64,000 bases of DNA from Macrostomum lignano (GCA_002269645.1 NIVC01000797.1:248001-312000), one strand, 5' to 3'; shown: positions 13,551-30,390, counted from the stretch's first letter. The notes: generated by a model not told the origin, from the sequence alone. Numbers and translations: made by a program.

Positions 13551-15366
13551 AATTAATTTATTAATAATTAATCATAAATCATACTAAGCGCAAATGTTAA
13601 AATGTAGAACAGAAGCAACACTCGCTACACGAATCAAACCAGTTTATTCAATTAGTTACTGAAGTATTTGAGACCATTATTGAACACATTCAACACGGAC
13701 TGGCATATTAATAATAACTAATATATGTATACAATTTAATGTAATATACGCGTACTTGTTCTCTGCTAAGCATACAAGACTGACTGAAAGTACTAAATGC
13801 TAATCTTAGGCGTTGGTTTTGACCGCAACTGAGGCGTGTAAATCTTGCTGTGTTTCTTTTTAAAAACAAAGTCTGTCATTGGATTATAGAATAGCATAAA
13901 TTGCTTCGCGCATTCTGCATATATATTTTTTACAAATTCGGTATATATATTTATAGATCTATATTAGCGTAAATAGTGGATTTCAAAAGAAAGGAGTTTT
14001 TTACGCTGAGAGAGATGGTTTCGCACAACAAGTCAAAGTAAAGAATGGACTTTACTATATATCTAGCCAGGCATAAAATTAGCAAAGAACTAGGCTTGTT
14101 ATCTGTTGTCCGTGGCTAATATTATTCGTCAAATAATCTTTGAGCATCGTATAAAGCTTATTTGAACTACTTTTTTTAGTTGGCGTGCTTTTCAATTTGT
14201 CCATCCGTAAGCTTTTCTGTTATCAACTTTATTAACCCTATATAAACTCGACCTCTCTTTTTTTCGGCCACCCTTTTTCTACTGTCTCGAATCAGTCAAA
14301 TCTGCGTTTAGGCGAAAGAAAGCTTTGGTTGAGCTTTAATTATTTGGTTATTATTAGTTAAAAAATCTGCCGTTAGAGTCAATTCTATTCAGGTCAGAAA
14401 CTAAGTAGTAATGCTTGCTAGAATTCGTTAATATATTTCAGAAACCGTAGTTGGTTTGTTAGTATTTTATATATAACTGTATGTGTAAGCAAAGCACCAA
14501 GTTGCATTCAAGTTATTATTATTATTCACAATAGGAATTCGGTACGCCTCTGGCGAAACGGTGTTCTAAGATCTGTCGCTTTGTACTCAGTCTGCAGCGT
14601 CGTCAGTCTGTCCTTTTTGGCTTTTTGAGCTTGATCAATAAAAATAAGCTTTCTTATCCTATTCAACACACCCAAATATATATTTGGCCTTGCTGCGCTT
14701 GACTTCAATCAATTACTAATTTCTGCTTTGAAAGCATGTGCGTTGTTTTCTGTTGCATGAGCCTGCAGAAGATTGGAATGTTTCATTATAATGTGTAGTG
14801 TGCTCTGCTCAATGTACCTGAGTAACAAAACCAATCAAATATCAATTATTACGCATTTCAGTGTCTTAAAATAGCACGTTGGGCTTAATCCACATCAGCC
14901 GCAGCAAATAGGGCTCCGCGTTCTCTAAAATTCCTGAAACCCTATTTTCAACCGGAAAAGCAACAACAGCCAAGTATAGAAGTGGCTCAGGTGTTTCATT
15001 CCTTTTGCCCTGCCCATATTTGGAGAATCTTTCACTGATCTACGAGAGCGCATATTGCGTAAACAAGAAAAATCTCATCAAAAAGTAATAATTTCGTACA
15101 CTCTGCCCTACTTTCAGTAATAAGTGTGCTTTGTATCGATTTTCAGTCAGTACAATAGAAAACCGAATAGTTCAGCGGATTGAACACTGTTTGTTAAGGT
15201 TTTTACAAGGCCCTTATTTTATGAAGCTTCTTATAGCCACGATCAAACTAAATAAATGAACTAAATTACATGTGCACTATGCAACACGCTTTTGGAACTG
15301 CTAAATTAGTATTTAAAAATCCCCGGCCAATATATTAATAAATTGATCTGTCTCACGAAATGCCAG

Positions 15367-18076
<2,710 letters not shown>

Positions 18077-18829
18077 GCAGAGAATGCGTTTCTATCCAAT
18101 GCGCTGCATAGAGACAAGGTCACCCATAATCAAATCATTATATCATCGTTGCTGCAGCCGCAGACAAGTAGAAGTACATCGCTTGCAGTCTGCACTTTAT
18201 TTATAAATTTAGCGTCAGTTATTTTACAGACTTTATTTGACAAGAAATGCCTCTCCTACAGTATTTATGGCTACTATAAATTTAATAGCAAGGTGTTAGT
18301 TCATATTTTTTGGTCTTGCATGCCTAGTTGACTTTTGGCTATAAGCCGCTTACAATTATATTTATAAGATTGTTCACTGCCGTTTAAAGTGGACCTCAAC
18401 TATCAAGTCGCATAAATTGTTCTTTACTGGACGCTTAGTAGATTAACCAAATTCAGCAATATCTCAATTATTTCTCTCGCAAACCAGCAAATATATCACC
18501 GGGATATCTGCTTTCCTATCCACCGAATGCTTTCCTTTGTTTAAGTATCTAATTTAAACGATTCTAATTTTGTTAAAATCTATTCGAAAAACTATTGATT
18601 TAAAGTTATTGACAAAAATTTAACGAAGCTCTACGCTAGTAAAAACAAGTACAAATTAAATTATTTTCTCTTTTGTTTAAGTTTCCCTAAAAAAATAAAT
18701 ATTTCGAATCTTTAAAGCCTGGAGCTTATATTGCTTTCAATTGTTGCCTTGCAGCAGCTGACTACTCCACGTTTTTCCTTTGCGTTGCTAAAGACTTTTT
18801 CTTCCATGCCATCTCTCTCATTTGCCTAA

Positions 18830-19545
18830 CCGTCTCCTCCTCCTACTCACTTCTCTCTCTACTCTCTCCTCTCCCTACTCTGCTCTCCCTACTCTCCTCT
18901 CCCTACTCTCCTCTCCCTACTCTGCTCTCTCTACTCTCTCCTCTCCCTACTCTGCTCTCCCTACTCTCTCCTCTCCCTACTCTGCTCTCCCTACTCTGCT
19001 CTCCCTACTCTGCTCTCCCTACTCTGCTCTCCCTACTCTGCTCTCCCTACTCTCATCTCCCTACTCTCTCCTCTTCCTACTCTCCTCTTCCTACTCTGCT
19101 CTCCCTACTCTGCTCTCCCTACTCTCCTCTCCCTACTCTGCTCTCCCTACTCTCCTCTCCCTACTCTGCTCTCCCTACTCTCCTCTCTCTACTCCCTGCT
19201 CTCTCTACTCTCTCCTCTCTCTACTCTCTCCTCTCCCTACTCTGCTCTCCCTACTCTCCTCTCCCTACTCTCCTCTCCCTACTCTGCTCTCCTTACTCTC
19301 TCCTCTCCCTACTCTCCTCTCCCTACTCTCCTCTCCCTACTCTCCTCTCCCTACTCTGCTCTCCCTACTCTCTCCTCTCCCTACTCTCCTCTCCCTACTC
19401 TCTCCTCTCCCTACTCTCCTCTCCCTAGTCTCCTCTCCATATTCTCTCCTCTCCCTACTCTCCTCTCCATACTCTCTCCTCTCCCTAGTCTCCTCTCCCT
19501 ACTCTCCTCTCTCTACTCCCTACTCTCTCTACTCTCTCCTCTCCC
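18830..19545. repeat. Pyrimidine-rich 14-16-bp satellite (CTCCTCTCCCTACT)n
   Basis: Read directly; same family as 20207-21555; lies between the convergent 3' ends of the 14-3-3 and MCT genes. Confidence 0.93.
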
Positions 19546-19926
19546 TCAACCCACTCTCTTTTTACACGCCTATTTTCCACATCCTGATGATGAAAACAAG
19601 TCGATTTGAATAATATCGGATTCTAAAATCGAATTTGAAGAACAGAACCAACTGATTATTGTCTCAGCAAAGATGATGAAAAGGAAAATTATCGAAATAG
19701 GAACTCATACTTCAGTGGTTATTTTATCCAGCTTGTTTACTCAATGACACAGATTGGTTTAAGCTTATATGTAGCTGTCAGATTTATAATGTAGGCTGTA
19801 AATATTTTCATACATGTACTGTATCAAATATTGTATCAATAGCATGCACGTTTAGTTTTGAAAATTAAAAATATGATTTCAATACCAGTATGTCAGCTAA
19901 GATATCTTGTTCATCAACAGTGACTA

Positions 19927-20327
19927 TCAGTCCGAGCAGTCATTCTCATCAGCTTTCGCTTTGTTCGACTTCTTCTTCAAGGTCACCATTTTGCGCAGCG
20001 GCAAGCAGAGCAGTCCGGCGAGCAGAATCACTGCTCCGGCAAAGTAGAATGTGCTCACCACACTGCCCGTGATGTCTGCCAGGAAGCCTGCGGGTTTTAA
20101 CACAGTGTGCCCAGGTGTGCGTTAAGTTGGTTGGCTTCATGCCAGATTGTGTAGCAATGACCCAATTTCTTTCTAATGTGCTTTTCTATGTAAAAACTCT
20201 CCTCTCCTTCGCTCCTCTCCGTACTCTATCCTCTCCCCACTCTATCCTCTCCCTACTCTCTCCTCTCCCTACTCTCTCCTCTCCCTACTCTCTCCTCTCC
20301 CTACTCTCTCCTCTCCCCACTCTCTCC

Positions 20328-20359
<32 letters not shown>

Positions 20360-20597
20360 TCCCTACTCTCTCCTCTCCCCACTCTATCCTCTCCCTACTG
20401 TATCCTCTCCCTACTCTCTCCTCTCCCTACTCTCTCCTCTCCCTACTCTCTCCTCTCCCTACTCTCTCCTCTCCCTACTCTCTCCTCTCCCTACTCTCTC
20501 CTCTCCCTACTCTCTCCTCTCCCCACTCTATCCTCTCCCTACTGTATCCTCTCCCTACTCTCTCCTCTCCCTACTCTCTCCTCTCCCCACTCTCTCC

Positions 20598-20629
<32 letters not shown>

Positions 20630-20755
20630 TCCCTACTCTCTCCTCTCCCCACTCTATCCTCTCCCTACTGTATCCTCTCCCTACTCTCTCTTCTCCCTAC
20701 TCTCTCCTCTCCCTACTCTCTCCTCTCCCTACTCTCTCCTCTCCCCACTCTCTCC

Positions 20756-20787
<32 letters not shown>

Positions 20788-21025
20788 TCCCTACTCTCTC
20801 CTCTCCCCACTCTATCCTCTCCCTACTGTATCCTCTCCCTACTCTCTCTTCTCCCTACTCTCTCCTCTCCCTACTCTCTCCTCTCCCTACTCTCTCCTCT
20901 CCCTACTCTCTCCTCTCCCTACTCTCTCCTCTCCCTACTCTCTCCTCTCCCTACTCTCTCCTCTCCCCACTCTATCCTCTCCCTACTCTCTCCTCTCCCT
21001 ACTCTCTCCTCTCCCTACTCTCTCC

Positions 21026-21057
<32 letters not shown>

Positions 21058-21215
21058 TCCCTACTCTCTCCTCTCCCTACTCTCTCCTCTCCCTACTCTC
21101 TCCTCTCCCTACTCTCTCCTCTCCCTAATCTCTCCTCTCCCTACTCTCTCCTCTCCCTACTCTCTCCTCTCCCTACTCTCTCCTCTCCCTACTCTCTCCT
21201 CTCCCCACTCTCTCC

Positions 21216-21247
<32 letters not shown>

Positions 21248-24200
21248 TCCCTACTCTCTCCTCTCCCCACTCTATCCTCTCCCTACTGTATCCTCTCCCT
21301 ACTCTCTCTTCTCCCTACTCTCTCCTCTCCCTACTCTCTCCTCTCCCTACTCTCCTCTCCCTACTCTCCTCTCCCTACTCTCCTCTCCCTACTCTCCTCT
21401 CCCTACTCTCCTCTCCCTATACTTCTCTCCCTTCTCTCTCCTCTCCCTAATCTCATCTCCCTATTCTCATCTCCCTACTCTCATCTCCCTACTCTCCTCT
21501 CCCTACTCTCCTCTCCCTACTCTCCTCACCCTATTCTCCTCTCCATACTCTCTACTCTCTAGTAAGCATCAGCATCAGCCTATCAGAAAAATTGATATCT
21601 GAATTTTCTTGAAACTTGAAACTAAAGTTCACCGATCTCAGATGAGGAATTTGCACTTTGTTCTTTGGTTACGCAAGATTGTCATTAATATTTTCTATTT
21701 GTCAGCTACATTTGCACTCATTGAATACACTGCACACCCTGAAGTTACCTGCTAGTGGCGTGCCAATGAAAGCGGACAGGCCCTGGCATAAAATGATAAA
21801 CCCGAACGCTTCTGACAAGTTGTCAATGCCGACCAGTTCAATGCCGATGATTGATCGAAGGGCAACGAAAATGGCTGAAATTGGCAGCATATACTCATGG
21901 CATATTGACAGGCCTATCGTAGGATTGTAGCAAATGCTCAAGACCGTATAGAATGATTGGTACGAGAGTGTCTTAGGAAGAATAGAACAGCGAGGATAGA
22001 ACAAAGACCAAAATGAATTGAGGACAAAGTTAAAACCAAGAAGAGTTAGAGGATACAAAGACCAGGAAGAGTTAGGTGGCACATAGACCAGCAAGAGAAA
22101 CTATTAAACAAAGACTAGGAAGAGAACGGAGGACACAAGGATCCGAAAGAGTTAGCGGATACAAAGTCCAAAAAGAGAAAGAAAGGACACAAAGACCAGC
22201 AAGTGTTTGAAAACACAAAGACAAGGAAGAGAGCGGTGGACACAAAACTAATCAATAAATTAAAAACGCAGAAAAAACAGGTAAGAATTGCCAATTTTCT
22301 GGTTGCCCCCTCATACGCACCGATGCAGCTCCCAAACACCACACACGCCATCACCAGCAGAGCGAAGCTCCGATACAGAACAAAAAATCCAGTAGCGATT
22401 CCACCAATAGTCAACGAGAAGCTGTTAATCAACAGACTGTCGGCCCAAGGTCGATCAGCCACCCAGCCAACAAGAAGGCGAGACACGAGGTTCACCCAGC
22501 CGGTGACGGAGATCAAGTCCTGCGGCGCCGAGTCTCTCAGCGACAGAGACTTAGCGTACACGGGTATGTAGGTGAACGGAATGTAGAATCCTGTGGGATG
22601 CGGTAACGAACGAATGCAATAATTTTAAGAATTGAGTAGCAATCTGAAATTCATTTAGCATATCGCAAAGTACTATCTGAAGCTAGGAATAGAAGTTTCT
22701 CGGAAGCCTCACCGGCCATGCAGAGGAAGCAGGCTGCTCCATAGATGGCCAAAGCTGGATTTCCTCGCAGCAGCCGGAGCAGTTTCAAAGCCTCCCGGCT
22801 CAGTCGTCGAAGTCGAGCTTTCAAGCTGTCATTCTCATCGTCGGCTGTTGAAGCCTGCGGCATCTCCTGCGAGGCCTCCAGTCGCAGAATTTCATCTCGA
22901 AGTACGTCTAGGTTAGTTGTAGAAGCGGCCGCCGCAGCCAACTGCCAGTCGCTGCCACCGACTGAACGATATTTCGGTCGAGAGATGTCGATCCGGTGTA
23001 GTCGACGTTGGCGATGCTGCTGAACGTTCGATGCACTACTCTGGGCGAGGCCTGTAAGGCTGCTGCGATTTGAGTAAGTATTTGATGCGATGCTTAAATT
23101 CTGAGAGGTGATTCATGAGGTTCTCTACGTTGCTTTGCACGAAACCTAAAACCCTCCAGAGTGCTCATCTGAAAGTGATTCATGAGGTTCTCTACGTTGT
23201 TTCGCACGAAACCTAAAATCCTCCAGAGTGCTCATCTGGAAGTGATTCATGAGGTTCTCTACGTTGCTTTGCACGAAACCTAAAACCCTTCAGAGTGCTC
23301 ATCTGGAAGTGATTCATGAGGTTCTCTACGTTGCTTTGCACGAAACCTAAAACCCTCCAGAGTGCTCATCTGGAAGTGATTCATGAGGTTCTCTACGTTG
23401 CTTTGCACGAAACCTAAAACCCTCCAGAGTGCTCATCTGGAAGTGATTCATGAGGTTCTCTACGTTGCTTTGCACGAAACCTAAAACCCTCCAGAGTGCT
23501 CATCTGGAAGTGATTCATTCATGAGGTTCTCTACGTTGCTTTGCACGAAACCTAAAACCCTCCAGAGTGCTCATCTGGAAGTGATTCATGAGGTTCTCTA
23601 CGTCGCTTTCCGCGAAACCTAAAACCCTCCAGAGTGCTCTGCATGATCTATTAGGCTCTCTACTGTTTTTTATCATGTCTGAAGCATAATTCCTAAGTGT
23701 TTTGAGCGATAATAGCACCTATGTGTCGATTTCAGTCTTCTCTTGAAGTTTCTAAACAAGTTCAGTGGTTGCTTTATCAAGCTAGGACGGCAATATTAAA
23801 CTAGATCGGAACTAGCCATGAATAGCTAGAACAACCATACCTCGCTGCATCAGCCTGTTGCTGCTTCTGCTGCTGATTCTTTGTAGCCGGTGGCTGCTTC
23901 TGCGGCTGCGTATGAAGATTCAACAACAGCATTGGCTGCGAGCCAGTCGTGTCGCCGCCACCGGCGCCATGGACTGTCGGTAGGCGAAATCGATGCTGAT
24001 GCTTGGCAGATGTTGACGTTGAAGAAATGCGCCAATCTGGTAGGCTGAGGTAAAAAGCGTCGCTGTTGCTTCGAGTGTTGGCCTCGGCGTCAGCGGTCGG
24101 CTGTAGCTCTACAAGATCAGCTGTGTCCGCTGTGTCATCCGGGTCGGGGTTCACAATGATGGTGGCCTCGAGCGGTCGGAGAAGTGCCCCGAAGACAACT

Positions 24201-26105
24201 CCGTTTAGTGCGATGCCTGTATCATCGGATAAGGAGAAAAACTTATGGTAGTAGCAAGCATTTAGTGTTCGGCATAGTTAAACTTGATCTGAGGCTCCCG
24301 AAGTCCTGGCTTTCTGTGATTTGAGGCTCCTGAAGTGCTGGCTAGCTGTGATCTGAGGCTCCCGAAGTGCATTGTGTAAGTATAGCTTTATCAGTGATTT
24401 GAGGACTTAAAAGCACATGGTACAACTTATTTTGTATTAAGCGGCTCTTGAAGTGCCTGACTATCTATCTGAGATTTGTATCTCCCTATTACTTAATTAT
24501 GATATTAGCTATCATTCAGTGTTCGGCTCTCTCAGTTTTCAACAAGTTTTACAACCCCATGAGGCCCTGTGGCATAGTTTAACTTGACCTGAGGGTCTCA
24601 AAGAGCTGACTGACTGTGATCTGAGGCTCCCGATGTGCTGGCTTTCTGTGATTTGAGGCTCCGAATTGCTGACTAACTGTGATCTGAGGCTCTCGAAGTG
24701 CATTGTGTAAATAGTTTTATCAGTGATTCGAGGCCTTAGAATCACATGGTACAATTTAATTTGCAATATGGGGCTCCCGAAGTGCCTGACTATCTATTTG
24801 TGATTTGTATCTACCTATACCTAAACTTGACATAGCTCAACAAATGACCGTCTCACCTGCTACAATAAGTGTGGCGCCTCTCCAGGTGAAAGTGTCAATG
24901 AGGAATTCTGCCAGGTAGGCGAAGACAAAAGCTCCGACTCCCGAGCCGCACACCGCAATGCCGGTTGCCAAGGCGCGGCGCTTGTCAAAATACTGGCCTA
25001 CCATGACCAGAGCCGGCAGGTACATCATGCCGAAGCCAAATCCTGCAGCGAGTGTTTCGAAAGCAAGTCCGAGAGTTCATTTGAGGTCAGTGTGCAAATA
25101 TCAAATCTGAATACAAATCAAATCATAATCGTCATAATATTTCAATCATAATCCCCAATGACCCAGCTGAGTCTCACCGCCCAGAAAACCGTAGGTGAGG
25201 ATCAGCAGAGACACCGAGTTGGCCAACACAGCGCACACGCAGGCGCCGCAGGCGAGCAGGCCACCGAACATGGACACTTTGCGGCAGCCGAATCTGTCGC
25301 AGAGAAAACTCACGAATGGGCCTATCGAGGCGAATGTACGACAAAGATGTTGGTGTCTCGAGTATCCAGATGCAGTTCAGGGTATTCAAGCTGCTGTAAC
25401 AAACTATCCAGGTATCCAGGGTAATTATCCAGGTATCTCTCGTAATTATTTAGGTATCCCGGGTAATTATTCAGGTATCATGGGTAATTTTTCAGGTATC
25501 AGGGTACTTATTCAGGTATCGAGGGTAATTATTCAGGTATCCAGGGTTTAATTATTCATGCATCTATAGAGTAGCTATCCAGGTATCCAGGGTAATTATT
25601 CAGGAATCCAGTGTATTTATTCAGGTATCTAGAGTATTTATCCAGGTATCTAGGGTAATTATCAGGTATTTTGGATAATTATTCAGGTATTCAGGGTAAT
25701 CATTCAGGTATCCAGGGTTCTTATTCAGGTATCTAGGGAAATTAATCACGTGTCAAGGGTAATTATTCACGTGTCTAGGGTAACTATTCAGGTATCCAGG
25801 GTAATTTTTCAGGTATCCAAGGTACTATTCAGATGCCAATATACTATTCAGACACTACACAGGTACAGCTAATAAAGGTACATCCACTGACCAATAAACA
25901 TGTACATCCCATTGTACACGCTACCAATCCAAGCCGTCTTAGCCTTGGACTCTTGAAAGTACTCCAAGAACTCGTTGTAGAACAGGCCAAATGAAAAGCT
26001 GATGCCGTCAAGAATGACGCCAACCATGAAGGCTGAAAATGTCACCACCCAGCCGTAGCCGCCATCGAGTGGGATTCGAACCACGGCCTCACCTGTAGAC
26101 TGCAT
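19927..26105 (-). CDS. Monocarboxylate transporter family (SLC16/MCT, MFS) member, ~608 aa, 8 exons
   Basis: Exons (minus) 26105-25892, 25321-25178, 25042-24857, 24216-23841, 23062-22713, 22590-22321, 21874-21749, 20087-19927 (TGA); total 1827 nt, frame-consistent. Signatures: [58 protein letters not shown]; long central cytoplasmic loop. Start codon uncertain (an upstream exon is possible). Confidence 0.93.
20207..21555. repeat. 16-bp pyrimidine-rich satellite (TCCTCTCCCTACTCTC)n in the last MCT intron
   Basis: Read directly; it produces the spurious [11 protein letters not shown]. Confidence 0.95.
23108..23640. repeat. 67-bp tandem repeat, ~8 copies, in MCT intron 4
   Basis: Unit TGATTCATGAGGTTCTCTACGTTGCTTTGCACGAAACCTAAAACCCTCCAGAGTGCTCATCTGGAAG; copies near-identical. 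Confidence 0.95.
24271..24820. repeat. Two diverged ~230-250-bp direct copies, each built from ~31-bp subrepeats (CTGTGATCTGAGGCTCCCGAAG), in MCT intron 3
   Basis: GGCATAGTT(A/T)AACTTGA starts at ~24271 and ~24571; both copies end near GTGCCTGACTATCTAT. Confidence 0.8.
25395..25830. repeat. 21-bp degenerate minisatellite (CAGGGTAATTATTCAGGTATC)n in MCT intron 1
   Basis: Read directly; 7-aa GNYSGI periodicity in the ORF track. Confidence 0.9.
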
Positions 26106-26472
26106 CTTTTGACTTACTTCAGTGCAGGATGAAGGAAAACTATTTGAACAATTGTTAGTTCCAATTAATAATCTAAACTGACATGCAAACCACAGTCTGC
26201 ATTGTAAAATAATAAAACACCTTTATCTGGAGTGTCAGGTGTCAAATTTACCGAATTCTTATATTGCAATTGCCTTTATAGAAGCAACAGACTGAGGGGT
26301 GCAAAGGTTCCTGATAACAGTGAATGACTTGTGAGCAGCAAGTGTAGTGTTGAGTACCGCAACGTTGCTCTTATCGGAATTAAACAATCAGGCTGCTTTG
26401 ATCTTGCTTTACATTGTCCAAGTCAATTGTGACTCCGAGTTCACCGGAAAATGACATTTTTTCTGTATGTGG

Positions 26473-26935
26473 ACACTAGAACAGACACAGGGACAGACAC
26501 TAGCTGGGACAGACACTGGGACAGACACTGGGACAGACACTAAGACAGACACTGGGACAGACACTAACTGGGACAGACACTGGGACAGACACTGGGACAG
26601 ACACTGGGACAGACACTGGGACAGACACTGGGACAGACACTGGGACAGACACTAGGACAGACACTGGGACAGACACTGGGACAGACTTTGGGACAGACAC
26701 TAGGACAGACACTGGGACAGACACTGGGACAGACACTAGCTGGGACAGACACTGGGACAGACACTAGCTGGGACAGACACTAGGACAGACACTGGGACAG
26801 ACACTGGGACAGACACTGGGACAGACACTGGGACAGACACTGGGACAGACAGTAGGACAGACACTGGGACAGACACTGGGACAGACACTGGGACAGACAG
26901 TAGGACAGACACTGGGACAGACAACTAGCACAGAC
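26473..26935. repeat. 12-bp satellite (CTGGGACAGACA)n
   Basis: Read directly; reverse complement of the array at 37148-38325. Confidence 0.95.
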
Positions 26936-26945
26936 ACCATGTTAA

Positions 26946-29592
26946 CAGTAGAACTACCAAGAGGGGGGGAAAAATTTCCCCCCCCCCCTGACAATTTTTT
27001 TTGCTGCGCCTGAACGGAGCAACGCAGGCACACGAAATTCAAGAACACGGGCTAACTTTTTGTTGCGCACCTTCTCAAACAAGAATCAAGTCGCCAACCC
27101 TCCGGACCGTCGAGATATTCGACGATTCTGCCAGAAGGTCGGATTTTTCCCATAAGCGCTAGTGTATTCAGTACACCCCTGTGCGCCAATTAGCACTGCG
27201 CCTCAGTGCAGCCTTGCCAAGTCTCCAAATTTCATCAGCACGTCGACCAAATGTGTCTGCATCAGCTCTGACTTCGTTGGTTACTGGCCTTTACCGAGAC
27301 GGAGCTTCTAGACCTTCAACAGGTGGCACCAGGTGACTATGAACACCTTGATGCGAATTTCTCGAGTTTCACCGATCAAGCCTCGACAGTAGGCAAGCCT
27401 CAACTGCCGGACACCCTCAGCTAGTCTCCTGAGCATTCCGTCATCATCCCGACACCGTCGGCTCCTTCAACAGGTGGCATCAGGTGACTATGGACGTCCT
27501 TTTGCAACTATGTCAGGTCTTTCTTATCAAGCTTCAATAATGGGCAAACCTCAACCGACGGACATTGTCAGCTAGTCTCTCAAGCATTCCGTCATCATCC
27601 CGACGCCGTCGGCTCCTTCAACAGATGACACCAAGTGACTATGGACACCCTGATGCGAATTTCTCTAGTTTCGCCGATCAAGCCTCGACAGTAGGCAAGC
27701 CTCAACTGCTGGACACCTTCAGCTAGTCTCCTAAGCATTCCGTCATCATCCCGACGCCGTCGGCTCCTTCAACAGATGACACCAGGGGAGTAAGGACACC
27801 CTGATGCGGATTTCTCTAGTTTCGCCGATCAAGCTTCGACAGTGGGCAAAAATCAACTGCTGGACATTCTCAGCTAGTCTCTCAAGCATTCCGTCATCAT
27901 CCCGACGCCGTCGGCTCCTTCAACAGATTACACCAGGTGACTATGGACAGCCTGTTGCAAATATGTCAGGTTTTTCTTATCAAGCTTCAATAATGAGCAA
28001 ATCTCAACTACTGGACATCCTCAGCTAGTCAGTCAAGCATTCAGCCATCACCCCGACGCCGTCGGCACCTTCAACAGGTGGCACCAGGGGAGTAAGGACA
28101 CCTGAGCGTGATTTTTCATCATGCTCTTAACATTTCTGAAGCTCTCAAAATTTTTAAAGCACGGACATTGCTATAGTTAAGCTTGAACTCATGTTGCTGT
28201 ATATTTATATTATTATTACACATACTTTTATGCATACGAGCTACATACATATTTTATTCGAAAAGCTGTTTAGTTTATTCAACTATAATATTGAACCGAA
28301 TTTTTATGCAGAAAGGGTTATGCTTATAAGAAGCCAGTAAATTCAATCCGTTTTTTCATTTTATAATGATTCAGAAATGTTAAGAGTATGATGAAAAATC
28401 ACGCTCAGGTGTCCTTACTCCCCTGGTGCCACCTGTTGAAGGTGCCGACGGCGTCGGGGTGATGGCTGAATGCTTGACTGACTAGCTGAGGATGTCCAGT
28501 AGTTGAGATTTGCTCATTATTGAAGCTTGATAAGAAAAACCTGACATATTTGCAACAGGCTGTCCATAGTCACCTGGTGTAATCTGTTGAAGGAGCCGAC
28601 GGCGTCGGGATGATGACGGAATGCTTGAGAGACTAGCTGAGAATGTCCAGCAGTTGATTTTTGCCCACTGTCGAAGCTTGATCGGCGAAACTAGAGAAAT
28701 CCGCATCAGGGTGTCCTTACTCCCCTGGTGTCATCTGTTGAAGGAGCCGACGGCGTCGGGATGATGACGGAATGCTTAGGAGACTAGCTGAAGGTGTCCA
28801 GCAGTTGAGGCTTGCCTACTGTCGAGGCTTGATCGGCGAAACTAGAGAAATTCGCATCAGGGTGTCCATAGTCACTTGGTGTCATCTGTTGAAGGAGCCG
28901 ACGGCGTCGGGATGATGACGGAATGCTTGAGAGACTAGCTGACAATGTCCGTCGGTTGAGGTTTGCCCATTATTGAAGCTTGATAAGAAAGACCTGACAT
29001 AGTTGCAAAAGGACGTCCATAGTCACCTGATGCCACCTGTTGAAGGAGCCGACGGTGTCGGGATGATGACGGAATGCTCAGGAGACTAGCTGAGGGTGTC
29101 CGGCAGTTGAGGCTTGCCTACTGTCGAGGCTTGATCGGTGAAACTCGAGAAATTCGCATCAAGGTGTTCATAGTCACCTGGTGCCACCTGTTGAAGGTCT
29201 AGAAGCTCCGTCTCGGTGAAGGCCAGTAACCAACGAAGTCAGAGCTGATGCAGACACATTTGGTCGACGTGCTGATGAAATTTGGAGACTTGGCAAGGCT
29301 GCACTGAGGCGCAGTGCTAATTGGCGCACAGGGGTGTACTGAATACACTAGCGCTTATGGGAAAAATCCGACCTTCTGGCAGAATCGTCGAATATCTCGA
29401 CGGTCCGGAGGGTTGGCGACTTGATTCTTGTTTGAGAAGGTGCGCAACAAAAAGTTAGCCCGTGTTCTTGAATTTCGTGTGCCTGCGTTGCTCCGTTCCG
29501 GCGCAGCAAAAAAAATTGTCAGGGGGGGGGGGAAATTTTTCCCCCCCTCTTGGTAGTTCGACGGGCGGAAAAATGGCTTGGTATTCCTACTG
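26946..29592. mobile_element. 2.65-kb foldback-type element: ~1.2-kb inverted arms (26946-28140 and 28370-29592) around a 229-bp AT-rich spacer; each arm holds ~5 tandem ~151-bp units
   Basis: Arms are reverse complements with only a few differences seen by eye; for example the two 74-aa ORFs at 27804-28028(+) and 28482-28706(-) are identical. Both ends sit in GTTAAC (TTAA or TA target duplication). The left arm lacks a 28-bp subterminal segment present in the right arm. No transposase ORF. Confidence 0.85.
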
Positions 29593-30127
29593 TTAACTAG
29601 ATTAGCAATCCATTCGATTCCTTCAGCAATATCCTGAACAGATTAGCGATCATAATCATGAACTGTGAGAGGCTGGCCATATCAAATTTCCTTTCTAAAC
29701 TGATAAAACCGAAAGCATTTCGCAGCTGAGCTGAGATTGCCAACACTCGCCACAACTTGCTGGTGGCTCCCGGAACAGAGATTTGCATTGTAAAAGTGCT
29801 TTTCCTCTCCTCTCCTGAAAGCGACTATCTGTTTGTCGAATTCACTCGCTGTCGACAGCTTCAGAGCTTTGCCTGTTACCCCCCCCCCTGCTCCAGCAGA
29901 TCAGCCGTAGAGGCTCGCGCAGGCCGCACCGTCACGCAATTCAAACAGTTTTTTTCCCCTAGAGGGGGAGAAAAAGGCTTGGCTTGGCCCGCGTGTCCTT
30001 GGGGTTGGCTGCGTGCTTCGCCAGCACCAAGTTTTTGCCGGCGCCTCGATCCCGCGGTCCGCGAAACGCAAGGAGAACGCGGAACCAGAAGCTGGATAAA
30101 CTAATGGCTCTTCACAGAGTGGCGACT

Positions 30128-30390
30128 TCACACCTAAACTTCACAAGACCTAAACTTCACAAAACCTAAACTTCACAAGACCTAAACTTCACAAGCCAAA
30201 CTTCATGAGACCTAAACTTCACAAGACCTAAACTTCACAAGACCTAAACTTCACAAGACCTAAACTTCACAAGACCTAAACTTCACAAGACCTAAACTTC
30301 ACAAGACCTAAACTTCACAAGACCTAAACTTCACAAGACCTAAACTTCACAAGACCTAAACTTCACAAGACCTAAACTTCACAAGACCTA
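30128..30390. repeat. 16-bp minisatellite (GACCTAAACTTCACAA)n
   Basis: Read directly. Confidence 0.95.

Noticed and set aside
13551-15366. A hidden exon 1 for the second 14-3-3 copy
   Set aside because: AT-rich sequence with no frame encoding [13 protein letters not shown] or ARRSSWR by eye. A tblastn would be needed to exclude a highly decayed remnant.
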